Of a stretch of DNA of 64,000 nt, positions 48,338-58,543 are shown one piece after another. The notes beneath the pieces were generated by a model. The model made no database searches, was not told the DNA's origin, and saw only the letters and a program-made list of their open reading frames with translations. Every line of letters starts with the position of its first letter. Position 1 is the stretch's first letter. The translations under genes and the position numbers were made by a program. The DNA is from a virus (Duplodnaviria; Caudoviricetes), in the IMG/VR virus record IMGVR_UViG_3300006752_000009; one strand, given 5' to 3'.

Positions 48338-48736
48338 ATGAAAATACCATTATGGAGAGATGCCCTTCATCAGTTTTTTAACTCAACCGAAGAGCGAGAG
48401 GCTTATTCTACAATCTTTAACTCTGAGCTTGGTCTTAGGGTTGATCTGTCTCACCCTTTAAAGGGAGTGACTTCTATCAAGTTTGAAGGTTCGGTTGAGA
48501 GCATTGAAAAGATTGATGGAGTCTGCGATGCCATTAAAAACTATGTTCGAGTTTACACGATCACAAATCGAGGGAGAAATCTTTTAGATACCATGCCTAT
48601 TTATGATTTCGATAACATCACCTGCGATAAGGACTCCTTTAAGGCTTTCATCGCTAAAAACAAAACAAGATACCCTAACTACAATAACATCGTAGATTTT
48701 CATAAGACCATTCATTCTGGCCTCAAAGGCTACTAA
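48338..48736 (+). CDS. hypothetical protein
   Basis: Start re-assigned after AGGAG. Confidence 0.65.
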   Translation: MKIPLWRDALHQFFNSTEEREAYSTIFNSELGLRVDLSHPLKGVTSIKFEGSVESIEKIDGVCDAIKNYVRVYTITNRGRNLLDTMPIYDFDNITCDKDSFKAFIAKNKTRYPNYNNIVDFHKTIHSGLKGY

Positions 48737-48737
48737 G

Positions 48738-49088
48738 ATGTATACAGCAGACAAATGTGTCGAAAACGAGGTTTACTGCAATGTCAGTATGCTCATGGCA
48801 GAAATCTTAAAGAACCCCGATGCTGTAGACTCCGAGTGGTATGAGGAGCTTTTCTATGTAGCCGAACAGACAGAGGAAGATTTTAGAGAGAATGGGGGAT
48901 ACTACATTCAACCATTGAGCTTTTGGGCGATCTCTGAGCGTCTAGCTACCTTTTTGAAACTAGAGGGTCATCCTGTCACGAACTACTTTGGCACATGGAT
49001 TTGGGGTCGCCCGACTTATGGACAGATGATTAAGTGCGATGGTGTGATTGAGAACTTTGTAGAGGAGGTCAACAACGCTTCTCTGTAG
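48738..49088 (+). CDS. hypothetical phage protein
   Basis: 116 aa; W.WGR.TYGQ motif. Confidence 0.65.
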   Translation: MYTADKCVENEVYCNVSMLMAEILKNPDAVDSEWYEELFYVAEQTEEDFRENGGYYIQPLSFWAISERLATFLKLEGHPVTNYFGTWIWGRPTYGQMIKCDGVIENFVEEVNNASL

Positions 49089-49091
49089 GGT

Positions 49092-49580
49092 CTACCTAAG
49101 CCATGAGGGGATACGCTTAGTGTACTTGTCTGCTAACTTAGAAGCACACCAAGCGTTTGGTTTGACCTCTACGCTATCGTAGCCATACCCTCGCACTATA
49201 GCGACCAAAGAGCGTGAAAAGCGACCTGTCCTGTGACTTGTGTTCTCATGGCTAACATCTAGGTGGATAGAGATGTTAGCATGGGGTATGGTTTCTCTTA
49301 TGTTACAGGCTAAGTCGATAGTGGTTTGTGTTTCACAGAAGATACGCTCATAAAGGTTGTGGTGTCGTGGTCTAGTTCTGTGTTCGAGATAAAAGTATCG
49401 GCAGTGGTATTCTTTATCATCGCAGAGGACTGCGATTACAGAGACTAGAAAAGTTCCTGTGTTGAAGGGCTGGCTGTCAGTCCCTAAAACGATCTCATGT
49501 CCGTATCGAGATGCTTCGTTTAGGAACTGGATGATACAGTCATACTCGATGATCTTTTTAGTGCCTGTTTTCCACATCAC
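49092..49580 (-). CDS. RNase H-like YkuK-family protein
   Basis: GTDSQ, E...T..LA, IHLDV, VKP.AWCAS..AD motifs. Confidence 0.75.
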   Translation of the reverse strand: MMWKTGTKKIIEYDCIIQFLNEASRYGHEIVLGTDSQPFNTGTFLVSVIAVLCDDKEYHCRYFYLEHRTRPRHHNLYERIFCETQTTIDLACNIRETIPHANISIHLDVSHENTSHRTGRFSRSLVAIVRGYGYDSVEVKPNAWCASKLADKYTKRIPSWLR

Positions 49581-49635
49581 CCTGCCTTTCGATTATTTAT
49601 TTATAGTTAACCATACCATATAAGGAGGGCTAAAT

Positions 49636-50742
49636 ATGTTTCATCACTTAACCTTAGCTGTAAGAGACAGAATGATCAAAGAGCTACAAGAGTATTGGCA
49701 GGATCACCCCCGATACAAGACTCTAGCTCAAAACATACAAGGGAAATATGCTTTCGAGGAGCGTCCTCAGTTCGGCATGATAGTCAAAACAGGTGGGGCA
49801 AGTAATGTTGTGTTAAGTCCAGATAACTTTATAGCCACCGTCAAAGGTTCAGTTGTTTTAGCAAGTGTGCTTGGCAAGAAAAGCGTAGCGATTGAGTGGG
49901 TGAGGGAGTCTTCCTTTGAGACACCGAGAAAAGGGGTGTACCACTTTAAGTTTGCTAAAGCACAAAGCACAGATCCTAATAAATATGTCATCACACAGGA
50001 TATATATCAGTACCAAAAAGAAGATGTGCTGATTTTCACTGACCCTACAACGATAGAGCTACTTGAAGAACCTGTTGCTAACTCGTTTAGGTTGATTGAA
50101 AATCCTTCGGGTAGATTGCTAGAGTCAACAGAGTATGTTCGTAATGGTACGACTGTTACTTTGACCGAAGAAGTACCTAGAGGGTTAAGTCTAAGAGCAC
50201 AATACACATATAAAGAGGCTGATGCTCCCGACCCTTACACAGTATATCCCGACCAAGTGTACCGAGAAATCATCCCTGGTTGTCTTATAGCGATTGGGAG
50301 ATGGATTGAAGATGGGGATGAGCAGATCATCGTGGTAGAGGAAGACCAACAAGCCACTTATCATGAATATGGTGGTCGTTGGGACATAAGCGTAGACATT
50401 GATCTTGTGACTAGGGATGTTCATTCACAGGCCGATATAGCCGACAGAACTGTTGTATGGCTTTGGTCGGCTTTAAGACCTAAGCTCGCCAATCTTGGTC
50501 TTGAAGTTTCGGATGTGAGCTTGGGTGGTGAGGGAGAAGAAGTATATGACGATAACGCTGATGATTATTTTTTCACAGCGAGCATGAGCTTATCTATCCA
50601 AGCAGATTGGTTCGTCCATTTCCCACTTATCATACCTTTGTTGAGGTATAACTTAGAGGGGGTTGTGCCTGTTAAAGAGATTATCACCTCGCCACTGGCA
50701 GGTATTGGATCTGATACCGATTTCTTACAGAGGCTTCTTTAA
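49636..50742 (+). CDS. virion structural protein, tail-completion/terminator-like
   Basis: AAGGAGG RBS with class B-like motif (49593-49605); Ig-like insert; located two genes upstream of the tail sheath. Confidence 0.5.
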   Translation: MFHHLTLAVRDRMIKELQEYWQDHPRYKTLAQNIQGKYAFEERPQFGMIVKTGGASNVVLSPDNFIATVKGSVVLASVLGKKSVAIEWVRESSFETPRKGVYHFKFAKAQSTDPNKYVITQDIYQYQKEDVLIFTDPTTIELLEEPVANSFRLIENPSGRLLESTEYVRNGTTVTLTEEVPRGLSLRAQYTYKEADAPDPYTVYPDQVYREIIPGCLIAIGRWIEDGDEQIIVVEEDQQATYHEYGGRWDISVDIDLVTRDVHSQADIADRTVVWLWSALRPKLANLGLEVSDVSLGGEGEEVYDDNADDYFFTASMSLSIQADWFVHFPLIIPLLRYNLEGVVPVKEIITSPLAGIGSDTDFLQRLL

Positions 50743-50755
50743 TAGTTTATTTATG
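50743..50755 (+). promoter_or_regulatory. class B promoter-like motif
   Basis: tagtttatttatg directly after the upstream stop; precedes the zinc-ribbon/sheath operon. Confidence 0.6.
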
Positions 50756-50786
50756 AAACAACTTATACAAGAGAAAGGGTCTATCT

Positions 50787-51221
50787 ATGCCTATCCTAAA
50801 GTTTCAATGCACGAGTTGTGGTTTTTCACAACGCAAAAGAGTCTCACGAGGAACGGACAGTATCTCATGTTCTTCCTGTGGGGAAAGTGCGTTTGCTGAA
50901 GGTTCTCCTAATCTCACAGTCGGTTTTCAAGCTGATGTCTCTCAATCTATGCGAGTTCAAGACTCTGGTATAGAGTCTTTCGACATGGATTATGATCGAG
51001 TGATTGGCGAGGACGCTCAAGCGAAGTGGGATATAGTCTATAGGAGAAATCGGGATAAATGGGACATCTTACATTCTACGGGTGATACTGGGAATGACAT
51101 AATGAGGTTACCCGATGGCTCATACGACTCTTTGCCCGACCCTGCAAAGGTGTTTCGTGAGACTCGTCTGACTGGAATGAATAAATTAGAACAACAAAGA
51201 TCATCCTCAACTAAGGAGTAA
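50787..51221 (+). CDS. FmdB-like zinc-ribbon protein
   Basis: MPILKFQCTSCG...CSSCG. Confidence 0.7.
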   Translation: MPILKFQCTSCGFSQRKRVSRGTDSISCSSCGESAFAEGSPNLTVGFQADVSQSMRVQDSGIESFDMDYDRVIGEDAQAKWDIVYRRNRDKWDILHSTGDTGNDIMRLPDGSYDSLPDPAKVFRETRLTGMNKLEQQRSSSTKE

Positions 51222-51226
51222 AACTC

Positions 51227-54200
51227 ATGGCTATTGAAGGCGGATACGCACCACCTGGTGTATATACCAGAACAATTTTTGAAGATACCAATACTAATCT
51301 TGCACAGTTACAAGGTAAAGTACCGACCATCGTAGGTGTAGGTAAACAAACCTTTCAAGTGAATGGTAGTGAGTTAGTAAGAGGATCTTCTTCAACTATA
51401 GATCAACGCATAGTTGAAGAAGATCCGACAGGACGCATGATTGCAGACACGAACCCCGATGGGTCTTTTGTGTTGTCGGATTTTAATGGTGTCTTGACAG
51501 AAGTATATGTCAGACATTTCCCCATCGTAACTGGAGAAGGGTCGGGAACAACCTCAAATACCCCTAGCTCTGTATCAGCTACTATCAATGGCAACGCTAC
51601 TGTTATCATTGAGGTGGATGGTGCGAACGGAAAAATTCGTCTTGCAGAAGCACCAAGTCAAGGTGACGATGTTAGGATTTCTTACTTCTTCAATCGTACA
51701 GATACCTTTGTTGAAGATGAGGTCTTGTCATCGCAGGTTAGCGATTTCCAAACAGAGATCAGAGGTTCAGCTTCTAGCTTTGTTATTACTGCCGAGACTA
51801 ATACCCTCATCATCACTTGTGATGGTGAGACTCAAGTTTTGACTTTAGGTGTTGATGCTGTTCGTGCAGACTCACTTAATAAAGTACAGAACGCTATTAA
51901 CGGAGCAGAGATCGGATCTTTAACTGCAACCACATATGTAGACCAAAATGGCTCTGAGAACCTCCTCCTCTCTGCTGATGGCGAAATCATCGTAGGTGCA
52001 GGTACAGCTAACACAGCTCTTGGTGTTTACGCTAGTCAGCGTGGTACAGACAGAAATCGTATCTTCTTCACTGCGAATGGACCGATTGTTGATGGTTCAA
52101 ATGGTGGTGTCATCACTACTGATGTTAGCCTCATTACTGTTAAGATAGATAACGCTGTCGTTCAAGCTGAGTCTGTTGACGGTGCTAATGGATCGTTTAC
52201 CCTTTCGAGTCCTCCAAAGGTCGGTTCGACTGTGAGCGTTTCTTATCATCACAATACTTTCCAAGATAAGTTCGATTACATCCCTGGTCGAGATGTCAAA
52301 TCAATTGATCGTGTTTCAATTGTTGCTAGTGGTGGTGGAGAAGCCGCTCAGTTTATTCAAGATGTAGACTTTGTTTTAAGTGATGACAGGATCGTTTGGG
52401 GAACTGCTTCAATCGTATCTCAAGGCGGTACTCAAACAGGTAATACAGCTTTTGGAACTGCTCAAGTTTCAGCACTCCTTCGTGATGAGCGTGGGTATCT
52501 CTTAGAGTGTTCTCCTGTTGTAATCACTAGCGTGACTCCTAGTAGAATTCTTGCGAAGACCTTTAAACTCCCTTATCAGCCAGTAGACGGTACAGGTTCG
52601 GGTATCCCTACTTCTAACCCTGCTTTGATCCAAGTTCGTACAGGTGTTTCATTTGCTGACGCTCTTGAGAACTCTGTAGCGACTGTGACGAGGGTTGATC
52701 CTGCTACTTCTCAAATCACCCTTGCGACAGAACCTCCTACAAACCACAAGGTCTTTGCTACATTCTTCTATAGCATCCTTCAAGACAAGTTTGATCTTAA
52801 TGCTTACAATGTAGCTGTGGAGACTGTTGGAGCGAGTGGGCTTGGTACTTATACTCTTACTTCGGGTACTACATCATTCTTCGGTGCAGAGCTTACTGCT
52901 AAGGGGAATGACCTCAGTGAGACTGTCATTGAGTTCCCAAGTGGATCAGAGGCATTAACAGGTATTCGCTTCTCTAGTGGTGTTCCAGTTGAAGAAATCA
53001 TCACCCTTCAGTTCGGCAACTTTGACGAAACACCTGCTACCTTCTTTGTCGAGGGATCTGCCCCTTATTATCTTGTTGATGGTCAAAGCGATACCTTAGC
53101 GATCACCGTTGATCAACAGGCTGTAAGTGTCGATTTCTCTGCTCCTACCGATGGTACTCGTCTTGGTAACATCACTCATCATGTAGGGGGAGTTCTTCCT
53201 TACACCGCTGAGTCGGACAACTCTAATCTAGGTGATGGCATCTCAACCTCTATCACACTAAAAGTGGATGGGTTAGATTTACCCCCTTGTACCGTTGCAG
53301 GTGATGATAAGAAAGTTGCTGATCTTGTCACCGAGATCAACACTCAATCTCTAACTGTTAAACCAACCTATACTGCAATGTCTGTTATGGGTGCATGGAG
53401 TGCTAAGAACAATACCTATAAGGTGTTCAAGTTCTCATATCGTGGGTCTACTACAGCAGAGTCAGAGGTCGAGTGTACGATTGATGAAGCAGATTACTTA
53501 ACTGCCGAAGCTCTAGCAGGAGACTCAACGATCTTAGGTGATCAAGCCGACACAGGTGTGAATAAAGCACTTGTTGCTGGTATTCTTGCTGAACCTGCTT
53601 TAGCTGGACTTCAAATCACCTGTTCTTCAGTTGGTGGTCGTTTAGTATTTACACTAGATGCAATCCCTGGTGCAGACACCTACGGTTATATTGAGTTCAT
53701 CACCGATGCCGATCCCGATACCTCTTTCTTGAGTGTTGCTGGTATTGATGGTCATCAAAATACAGGCTCGGCAGGTGGTACGCAGACTAAGTGGGGCTTC
53801 ATGCCTGTAGCCGCACTAGCGTCTGTGGACATTCTTGGTAATGGTGTTCTGACAGAACCTCATAGAGATCGTTTGGTCTTGAAGAACCGTACTTTGATCG
53901 GTAATACCTATTACCCACCATCAAGTATAGATCTTGGTTTGAGCGTTTCTACAGGAACGAACCTTAACCTTATGGGTATCACTCCTTCTTTAAGTTTGGT
54001 TGCTTCAAGAACTTCTGTGATTGATAAACCATCTATCCTCTTGAATGTGGGTTGGGATGAGGTCGATGCTGTTTCTGGTATTCCTGCCAAGACCATGTAT
54101 GATGGAACAGATGCAGAAGATCAGAACGATACTTTGGTGCTTGTCCTTAGTGGATTCACTGTATCAGTTACCTTTACTTCAAGTGGTGCAGGAACAGAGC

Positions 54201-56077
54201 GAGACATCAGTGAGCTGATTGCTACTCTTAATACTGCTTTGGCTACACATGGGTCTGCTCACGCAGAGGGTCAAAACATTCGAGTAGTGAGTGCTTATGG
54301 TGATACTAATGCTTACATTCGTGTAGGTGCAGGTGTTGGCAATACAGCATTTAACTTGATTGAAGGAGATACTGCTTCAGCTAAGGGTGTGAGTGCAAGT
54401 GCTTTGGTTTCTGCTCTCATGTCTCATTCAGAGGCACAGGCAGACATTGCCGATTTCTTAGTCTCTGATACTGAGACTAAAATAGATGATGGTGCGGCAG
54501 ATAAGTATGCGACCAATGCAGTTTCATTTATCCACACTGACGCTGTGGGTAAGCAATACATTGGTTTTGAGTCGCTTTCTGTAGGTGTCGCAAGTATCCT
54601 CGATGTGACAGCTCAAGGTAATGTTGCTACCACTAAGGGAACAGGTCTAAAGCTCACCACAAGTTCGGGAGCTGTGGGAGAAGCGTCTACACAAGGCTTC
54701 TTCTTAACCTCTAACAACCCTAATGGTACAGGATCAGCTAACACTTCTTCGATCAATGATGGAACAGGTGCAGACGGTCGTATCAGTCAGACTTATGTTG
54801 ACTCTGTGACAGGTTTCACCATCACTATTCTCCCACGAGAAGGTGGTATTGCTTACCCGACAGGTGCAGATTCGACTTTGACTTTTAATGTAAGCACTAG
54901 CATCAAGACTAATGCGAACATCCCACAGTATGCCATTCCTGGTGTTTCATTGGTTGTTTCTAACACCCTTGATACAGCGATTGGTGATAATGCTCTTGTA
55001 GAGACTTTCTACAAAGGTGGGAAAGAGCCTACTATCGGTCAGACTTATTACATCGACTTCACTAGAGATCGTTCGAGCTTCAACACTCGTACCTTCACTA
55101 ACCTTGCCGATGTGGTTCGTACTTATGGTGAGATTTCTCTTGAGAACACCTTATCAATGGGTGCGTTCCTTGCGTTCTCGAATGGGGCTACAGCACTTGC
55201 TTGTAAGCAGATTCAGCTCGATACAGGAGTTGTTGAGCCTTCCGAAGATCAGATGGTGACAGCACTCCAAGAGATTGAGGGCGAGATTGTGCCAGGTCTT
55301 TCACCAAGTGTGATCGTACCTCTCATGCCTGCTTCGACAGCACTTCTTTCAGCGATTTCTAATCACTGTGATGTTCAGTCATCACTCCGTTATCGTTCAG
55401 AGCGTAGGGCTGTTCTTGGTTGTGCTGTAGGTACTCAACCTCGTGATGCTCAAGCACTTGCTCAAGCGACAGGGAACTCTCGTATATGTTTGATTTATCC
55501 AGACATTGCTAACATTCGTTTCACTGACTCTCAAGGGGTGGCACAGAGCTACTTCGTAGGTGGTGAGATGATCGCAGTTGCTGTTGCGATGGCTACTTCT
55601 AACCCTGCAATCGACTCGGCCACCCCTTGGACTAACCGATCTGTTAATGGCTTCACTGATCTTGGTCGTATCCTTGATGATGTTGATGCTAATACCACAG
55701 CGAATGCAGGTATCACTGTCCTCAAGCAGACTCCACAAGGCATCCAAGTTCGTCATGGTCTGACCACCAATATGACTTCTGTGCTGACCAAGACTCCGAC
55801 TGTTGTTCAGATCGCAGACGATGTTCACTTGCGAGTACGCAATCTCTGTAATCGTTATATCGGTACTAAGTTTGTTCCGAATACGATTTCTCAGATTGAA
55901 GGTCGTGTGAATGGACTCTTTAAGCAGTTGGTTCGAGATCAAATCATCTCGACTTACACAGGTCTTACTGTAGCGACTGACCCGAATGACCCAACAGGTC
56001 TTTTGGTAGATGTGTTCTACAAGCCTGTATTCCCTCTCCTTTACATTCAGTTCACCTTTACGGTTCAAGGTAGCTGA
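51227..56077 (+). CDS. contractile tail sheath protein with very large insertion (1,616 aa)
   Basis: N-terminal Y.PPGVY; C-terminal sheath domain (GI.VL....QGIQVRHGLTT...QIAD...YIG.K...I....LV...IIS.Y..L.V..DP.DPT...VDV.YKPVFPLLYI.FTFTV). Confidence 0.85.
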   Translation: MAIEGGYAPPGVYTRTIFEDTNTNLAQLQGKVPTIVGVGKQTFQVNGSELVRGSSSTIDQRIVEEDPTGRMIADTNPDGSFVLSDFNGVLTEVYVRHFPIVTGEGSGTTSNTPSSVSATINGNATVIIEVDGANGKIRLAEAPSQGDDVRISYFFNRTDTFVEDEVLSSQVSDFQTEIRGSASSFVITAETNTLIITCDGETQVLTLGVDAVRADSLNKVQNAINGAEIGSLTATTYVDQNGSENLLLSADGEIIVGAGTANTALGVYASQRGTDRNRIFFTANGPIVDGSNGGVITTDVSLITVKIDNAVVQAESVDGANGSFTLSSPPKVGSTVSVSYHHNTFQDKFDYIPGRDVKSIDRVSIVASGGGEAAQFIQDVDFVLSDDRIVWGTASIVSQGGTQTGNTAFGTAQVSALLRDERGYLLECSPVVITSVTPSRILAKTFKLPYQPVDGTGSGIPTSNPALIQVRTGVSFADALENSVATVTRVDPATSQITLATEPPTNHKVFATFFYSILQDKFDLNAYNVAVETVGASGLGTYTLTSGTTSFFGAELTAKGNDLSETVIEFPSGSEALTGIRFSSGVPVEEIITLQFGNFDETPATFFVEGSAPYYLVDGQSDTLAITVDQQAVSVDFSAPTDGTRLGNITHHVGGVLPYTAESDNSNLGDGISTSITLKVDGLDLPPCTVAGDDKKVADLVTEINTQSLTVKPTYTAMSVMGAWSAKNNTYKVFKFSYRGSTTAESEVECTIDEADYLTAEALAGDSTILGDQADTGVNKALVAGILAEPALAGLQITCSSVGGRLVFTLDAIPGADTYGYIEFITDADPDTSFLSVAGIDGHQNTGSAGGTQTKWGFMPVAALASVDILGNGVLTEPHRDRLVLKNRTLIGNTYYPPSSIDLGLSVSTGTNLNLMGITPSLSLVASRTSVIDKPSILLNVGWDEVDAVSGIPAKTMYDGTDAEDQNDTLVLVLSGFTVSVTFTSSGAGTERDISELIATLNTALATHGSAHAEGQNIRVVSAYGDTNAYIRVGAGVGNTAFNLIEGDTASAKGVSASALVSALMSHSEAQADIADFLVSDTETKIDDGAADKYATNAVSFIHTDAVGKQYIGFESLSVGVASILDVTAQGNVATTKGTGLKLTTSSGAVGEASTQGFFLTSNNPNGTGSANTSSINDGTGADGRISQTYVDSVTGFTITILPREGGIAYPTGADSTLTFNVSTSIKTNANIPQYAIPGVSLVVSNTLDTAIGDNALVETFYKGGKEPTIGQTYYIDFTRDRSSFNTRTFTNLADVVRTYGEISLENTLSMGAFLAFSNGATALACKQIQLDTGVVEPSEDQMVTALQEIEGEIVPGLSPSVIVPLMPASTALLSAISNHCDVQSSLRYRSERRAVLGCAVGTQPRDAQALAQATGNSRICLIYPDIANIRFTDSQGVAQSYFVGGEMIAVAVAMATSNPAIDSATPWTNRSVNGFTDLGRILDDVDANTTANAGITVLKQTPQGIQVRHGLTTNMTSVLTKTPTVVQIADDVHLRVRNLCNRYIGTKFVPNTISQIEGRVNGLFKQLVRDQIISTYTGLTVATDPNDPTGLLVDVFYKPVFPLLYIQFTFTVQGS

Positions 56078-56086
56078 TTAAAGGAA

Positions 56087-56128
56087 AGTCCTCTCTAAGA
56101 GCCATTTAAGCAACTCTTAGAGAGGACT
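56087..56128. terminator. perfect 15-bp inverted repeat, probable bidirectional terminator
   Basis: AGTCCTCTCTAAGAG / CTCTTAGAGAGGACT between the convergent sheath gene and ORF 56160. Confidence 0.7.
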
Positions 56129-56159
56129 GACCGACCATGCTTGGTTTACTGACCGATCA

Positions 56160-56390
56160 TTATCGGTCTTCATCTTCGATGTCCTCTAGGGCATTGGGCA
56201 CATCTTCCCAATCCCCATGTTCCCAAAGCTCACCGAACTCAATGGACTCGCTGTCAGTCCAATAGCTGAAACTTAGGCTGTCGGGTCGCTTGGTATCTTC
56301 TTCTTCATCAAGACCATCAAGGTCAAGTTCCCACTCATGTCCATTGACTCGTAGGAAACAGTATTTTACGCTGACCTCCCACTCTCGCAC
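56160..56390 (-). CDS. small acidic hypothetical protein
   Basis: 76 aa, D/E/W-rich. Confidence 0.55.
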   Translation of the reverse strand: MREWEVSVKYCFLRVNGHEWELDLDGLDEEEDTKRPDSLSFSYWTDSESIEFGELWEHGDWEDVPNALEDIEDEDR

Positions 56391-56396
56391 TTTACT

Positions 56397-56591
56397 TCAG
56401 TCATGGTATTCATCGAGTTCGATGAGGTCGATCTCAAAGTCAACGACCTCTCCATCATGGTACTCATAGGTGAGTTCCAAAGTGGCTTGGGGAGTCTCGA
56501 TAGACCATGTAGAGTTCTCTAGGTCATCCCTAGAGAGTAGTCCAACATTGATTTTTGCAACGATCTCATCGGGGGGTGGTGATTGATCCAT
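56397..56591 (-). CDS. small acidic hypothetical protein
   Basis: 64 aa, D/E-rich. Confidence 0.55.
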   Translation of the reverse strand: MDQSPPPDEIVAKINVGLLSRDDLENSTWSIETPQATLELTYEYHDGEVVDFEIDLIELDEYHD

Positions 56592-56671
56592 TTATTGCGA
56601 TGATGGTATTCATGTTTGTTCTTCTTTCGGGGGAGTGGGTTTCGTGAGTTCCTCTGCTCCTCACACTAGGG

Positions 56672-56758
56672 TATAGATAAGGGATTACGGTTCGCTTAAA
56701 GTCTTGCTTTTGTTGAGCTTTTCGATAAGTATGCCGATCTCGTAACCCCTTATCTATA
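56672..56758. promoter_or_regulatory. divergent pair of class A motifs
   Basis: Minus gtaatcccttatctata (56672-56688); plus gtaaccccttatctata (56742-56758). Confidence 0.65.
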
Positions 56759-56798
56759 GTGATTGTGTAGCCCGACACACTCTTGAAAGGAGAACACA

Positions 56799-56972
56799 AT
56801 GGCTCGCAAGAACAAAACCCAAGACAGCAACAAGGCTCAGAAAGCCGCCATGCGTAAGGCTCACTTCGCAAATGGTGGGTCAACCAGTGTGTGGTGTGGT
56901 AAATCTAACGCACACTCGGATCTTAAGAAGGCTCGCAACAAGTCGTCTTGCCGAAAGAAGGTTCAGTGGTGA
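56799..56972 (+). CDS. small basic protein (57 aa)
   Basis: Read by eye: MARKNKTQDSNKAQKAAMRKAHFANGGSTSVWCGKSNAHSDLKKARNKSSCRKKVQW*; AAAGGAG RBS. Confidence 0.7.
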   Translation: MARKNKTQDSNKAQKAAMRKAHFANGGSTSVWCGKSNAHSDLKKARNKSSCRKKVQW

Positions 56973-57136
56973 TGAACATACTAAGACAAATGATAGCTCT
57001 CATTGAGAGCAGAACAGATCCTAGCATGACACGCATGGAAGCGTGGAACGCTGTCGAAGATGACCTCAGAAACCTCAACCCTCGTATGAGGTGGGAGTCT
57101 TTCAAAAGACTGTGGGCTGAGTGCCACAAGTCGTAA
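56972..57136 (+). CDS. small hypothetical protein
   Basis: TGATG coupling with the upstream ORF; MNILRQMIAL... Confidence 0.6.
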   Translation: MNILRQMIALIESRTDPSMTRMEAWNAVEDDLRNLNPRMRWESFKRLWAECHKS

Positions 57137-57149
57137 CCCCTTATTTATA
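57133..57149 (+). promoter_or_regulatory. class A promoter-like motif
   Basis: gtaaccccttatttata; its TAA is the upstream stop codon. Confidence 0.65.
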
Positions 57150-57193
57150 CCTTTATGTCATCAACACTTACTCTCTGAAAGGAGAACAACACT

Positions 57194-58141
57194 ATGCCAA
57201 AGGCAATCAATCTAACTTCATCATGTGGAACATATGACTTTCTTCGCCCTCAGTTGGCTAAGGGCAGTCATAAGGGCAAGAATGTCTTGGAGAACATCGC
57301 AGGGTCAGCTTCTTGGGTGGGCGAGATGAAACTCGATGGGCATCGTATGCTCGTATCGTCTACCTGTGCTTGGTCAAGGATCGGCAAGGACATCGCTCGT
57401 ATGGATCATATCCAAAACGAGTGTCCTGTGGGAACTTTGCTAGATGGTGAGATCCTCCCTAAGAGTGGAGCAGAGGGTTCAGATCGTGTATCGAACCTTC
57501 GGGCTGATGACCCTACAGCTCTTGGGTTCGTGGCTTTCGACATCTTGTATCATGAAGGTCAGTATGTCGGTGATCTATCTTGGGACAAGCGTAGAGTTAT
57601 CCTTGAGTCTGTCATCGAGGACAGCATGGAGCATATCAGCTTGAGTCAACTCTACTACATGAACGAGTGGAGTACAGAACAACTCATGGAGATCGCTTCT
57701 GATCGAGAGCATGAGGGTATCATGCTCAAGAAGGTAAACGCTCCATACAAGGCAAACTCACGCTCTGCATGGGTGAAGCATAAGTTCACCGACACCCATG
57801 ATGTGGTGATCGTGGACGCAAACGCAAAGCCTAGTGAGTGGCGAGTCCGACCAGGTGAGGTCTATCGTCAAGATGGAAAGCTCTATCCCGAAGGTCTGCA
57901 TACCGACCCTTGGATCAAGGGGTATGTCGGGCTTAACTATGGCTTCTATGACCAACAGGGAACGCTCCGTATCGTAGGCTCACTTGGTGAGACTGGTCCT
58001 CGTGAAGATATGGAACAATATGTGGGTCGGGTAGCCGAGATCAAGGCTTATGGACAGTACCCTACAGGAGCGTTGCGACACCCTGTCCTTGAGCGTTGGC
58101 GAGAGGATAAACTACCAGAGGACTGTACCTTTGACTTTTAA
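57194..58141 (+). CDS. lig: ATP-dependent DNA ligase (compact)
   Basis: EMKLDGHR (KxDG), LLDGEI, FVAFDIL, EGIMLK, WVKHK, OB domain ending LRHP...RWREDK. Confidence 0.9.
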   Translation: MPKAINLTSSCGTYDFLRPQLAKGSHKGKNVLENIAGSASWVGEMKLDGHRMLVSSTCAWSRIGKDIARMDHIQNECPVGTLLDGEILPKSGAEGSDRVSNLRADDPTALGFVAFDILYHEGQYVGDLSWDKRRVILESVIEDSMEHISLSQLYYMNEWSTEQLMEIASDREHEGIMLKKVNAPYKANSRSAWVKHKFTDTHDVVIVDANAKPSEWRVRPGEVYRQDGKLYPEGLHTDPWIKGYVGLNYGFYDQQGTLRIVGSLGETGPREDMEQYVGRVAEIKAYGQYPTGALRHPVLERWREDKLPEDCTFDF

Positions 58142-58154
58142 GGAGAATAACAAC

Positions 58155-58451
58155 ATGAAGAAACCAAGTTTACTGATCGTGAAAAGCCGAGTAAAGATTG
58201 ACCCTACCTTTGAGAACCATATCGGGTATATCGACTTCAGCTTTGCTAACCGAGAGTACAAAAAGTTTGAGGGCATCTATCTCAAGTCTTTTGATAGTCG
58301 TAAAAACTCTCCTAGATTTAGATCGGGTCTGACCCAAAGTCAGACCAAGCTCACAAACACGATCTCGATGAACTTAGTTGACTATAAAGGTCTTGATGTA
58401 GGCTCATTTCTTGAGAGCTTACAGTCAGTTTTCAATGTGGTCGAGGGATGA
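58155..58451 (+). CDS. hypothetical protein
   Basis: Start re-assigned after AAGGAG. Confidence 0.6.
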   Translation: MKKPSLLIVKSRVKIDPTFENHIGYIDFSFANREYKKFEGIYLKSFDSRKNSPRFRSGLTQSQTKLTNTISMNLVDYKGLDVGSFLESLQSVFNVVEG

Positions 58452-58530
58452 ACAGGCACAAGATAAAAGCCAAAGTCTCAATGTCTTGGGTTTCTTGGAG
58501 ATCTTAAGATCAGTCTTCAATGTGGCTCAA

Positions 58531-58543
58531 TAGTTTATTTATA
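58531..58543 (+). promoter_or_regulatory. class B promoter-like motif followed by ATAAGTGATCTC
   Basis: Exact tagtttatttata. Confidence 0.65.

Noticed and set aside
2745-58543. Archaeal BRE/TATA promoters (TTTATA), implying an archaeal virus
   Set aside because: RBSs lie as little as ~11-17 nt downstream (e.g. 62193, 49605, 26931), too close for a -26 TATA box. tRNA-Tyr has a bacterial long variable arm.
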